Shown here: piece after piece, positions 63,961 to 64,000 of the stretch
Layout: each line of letters opens with the position of its first letter
Position numbering within the stretch: the stretch's first letter is position 1
Assembly (NCBI RefSeq): GCF_000485595.1
Contig: NW_014577078.1
Location: forward strand, 1,314,977-1,378,976
DNA length: 64,000 bases
Direction: 5' to 3'
Origin: Priapulus caudatus
Lineage: Eukaryota
The notes under the pieces: model-generated
What the model was told of the DNA's origin: nothing
Seen by the model: only the letters and a program-made list of their open reading frames with translations
Databases searched by the model: none
Translations under genes and position numbers: made by a program

Positions 63961-64000
63961 TAAGTCGATATCGTTACACTCAACTATTAGCAAAAGATTA

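Overview
Intron-rich animal (invertebrate) genomic DNA from a scaffolded draft assembly. It has four N-gaps (16318-16327, 27452-27476, 29939-29948, 47117-47141) and several indel-riddled stretches that look like unpolished long-read fills. Five protein-coding loci can be assembled by hand from splice sites. (1) A complete six-module progranulin (+, 3410-7036, 583 aa). (2) A GH3-domain (GHDC-like) acyl-adenylate ligase (-, 12 clean exons, 12225-18993) whose last exon is unreadable. (3) A probable RXYLT1/TMEM5-like xylosyltransferase (-, ~20.6-28.9 kb) lying in noisy, duplicated sequence. (4) An unusual 425-aa type II membrane protein (+, 38702-41656) with a dileucine-bearing tail, a TM, a furin site, one LNR-like module and three repeats of the kind found at the C-terminus of perivitellin-2-type MACPF toxins, but with no MACPF domain. 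(5) The 3' five exons of a dual oxidase maturation factor (-, 44177-54943). Non-coding DNA is dense with non-autonomous DNA transposons whose termini and target-site duplications are readable: hAT-like, IS3EU-like, P-like micro-hairpins, PIF/Harbinger-like, Mutator-like and large foldbacks. There is also a decayed Academ-like transposase, minisatellites, and a twice-occurring 85-bp module with two CTCF-like motifs. Family assignments come from recalled motifs, not database searches.
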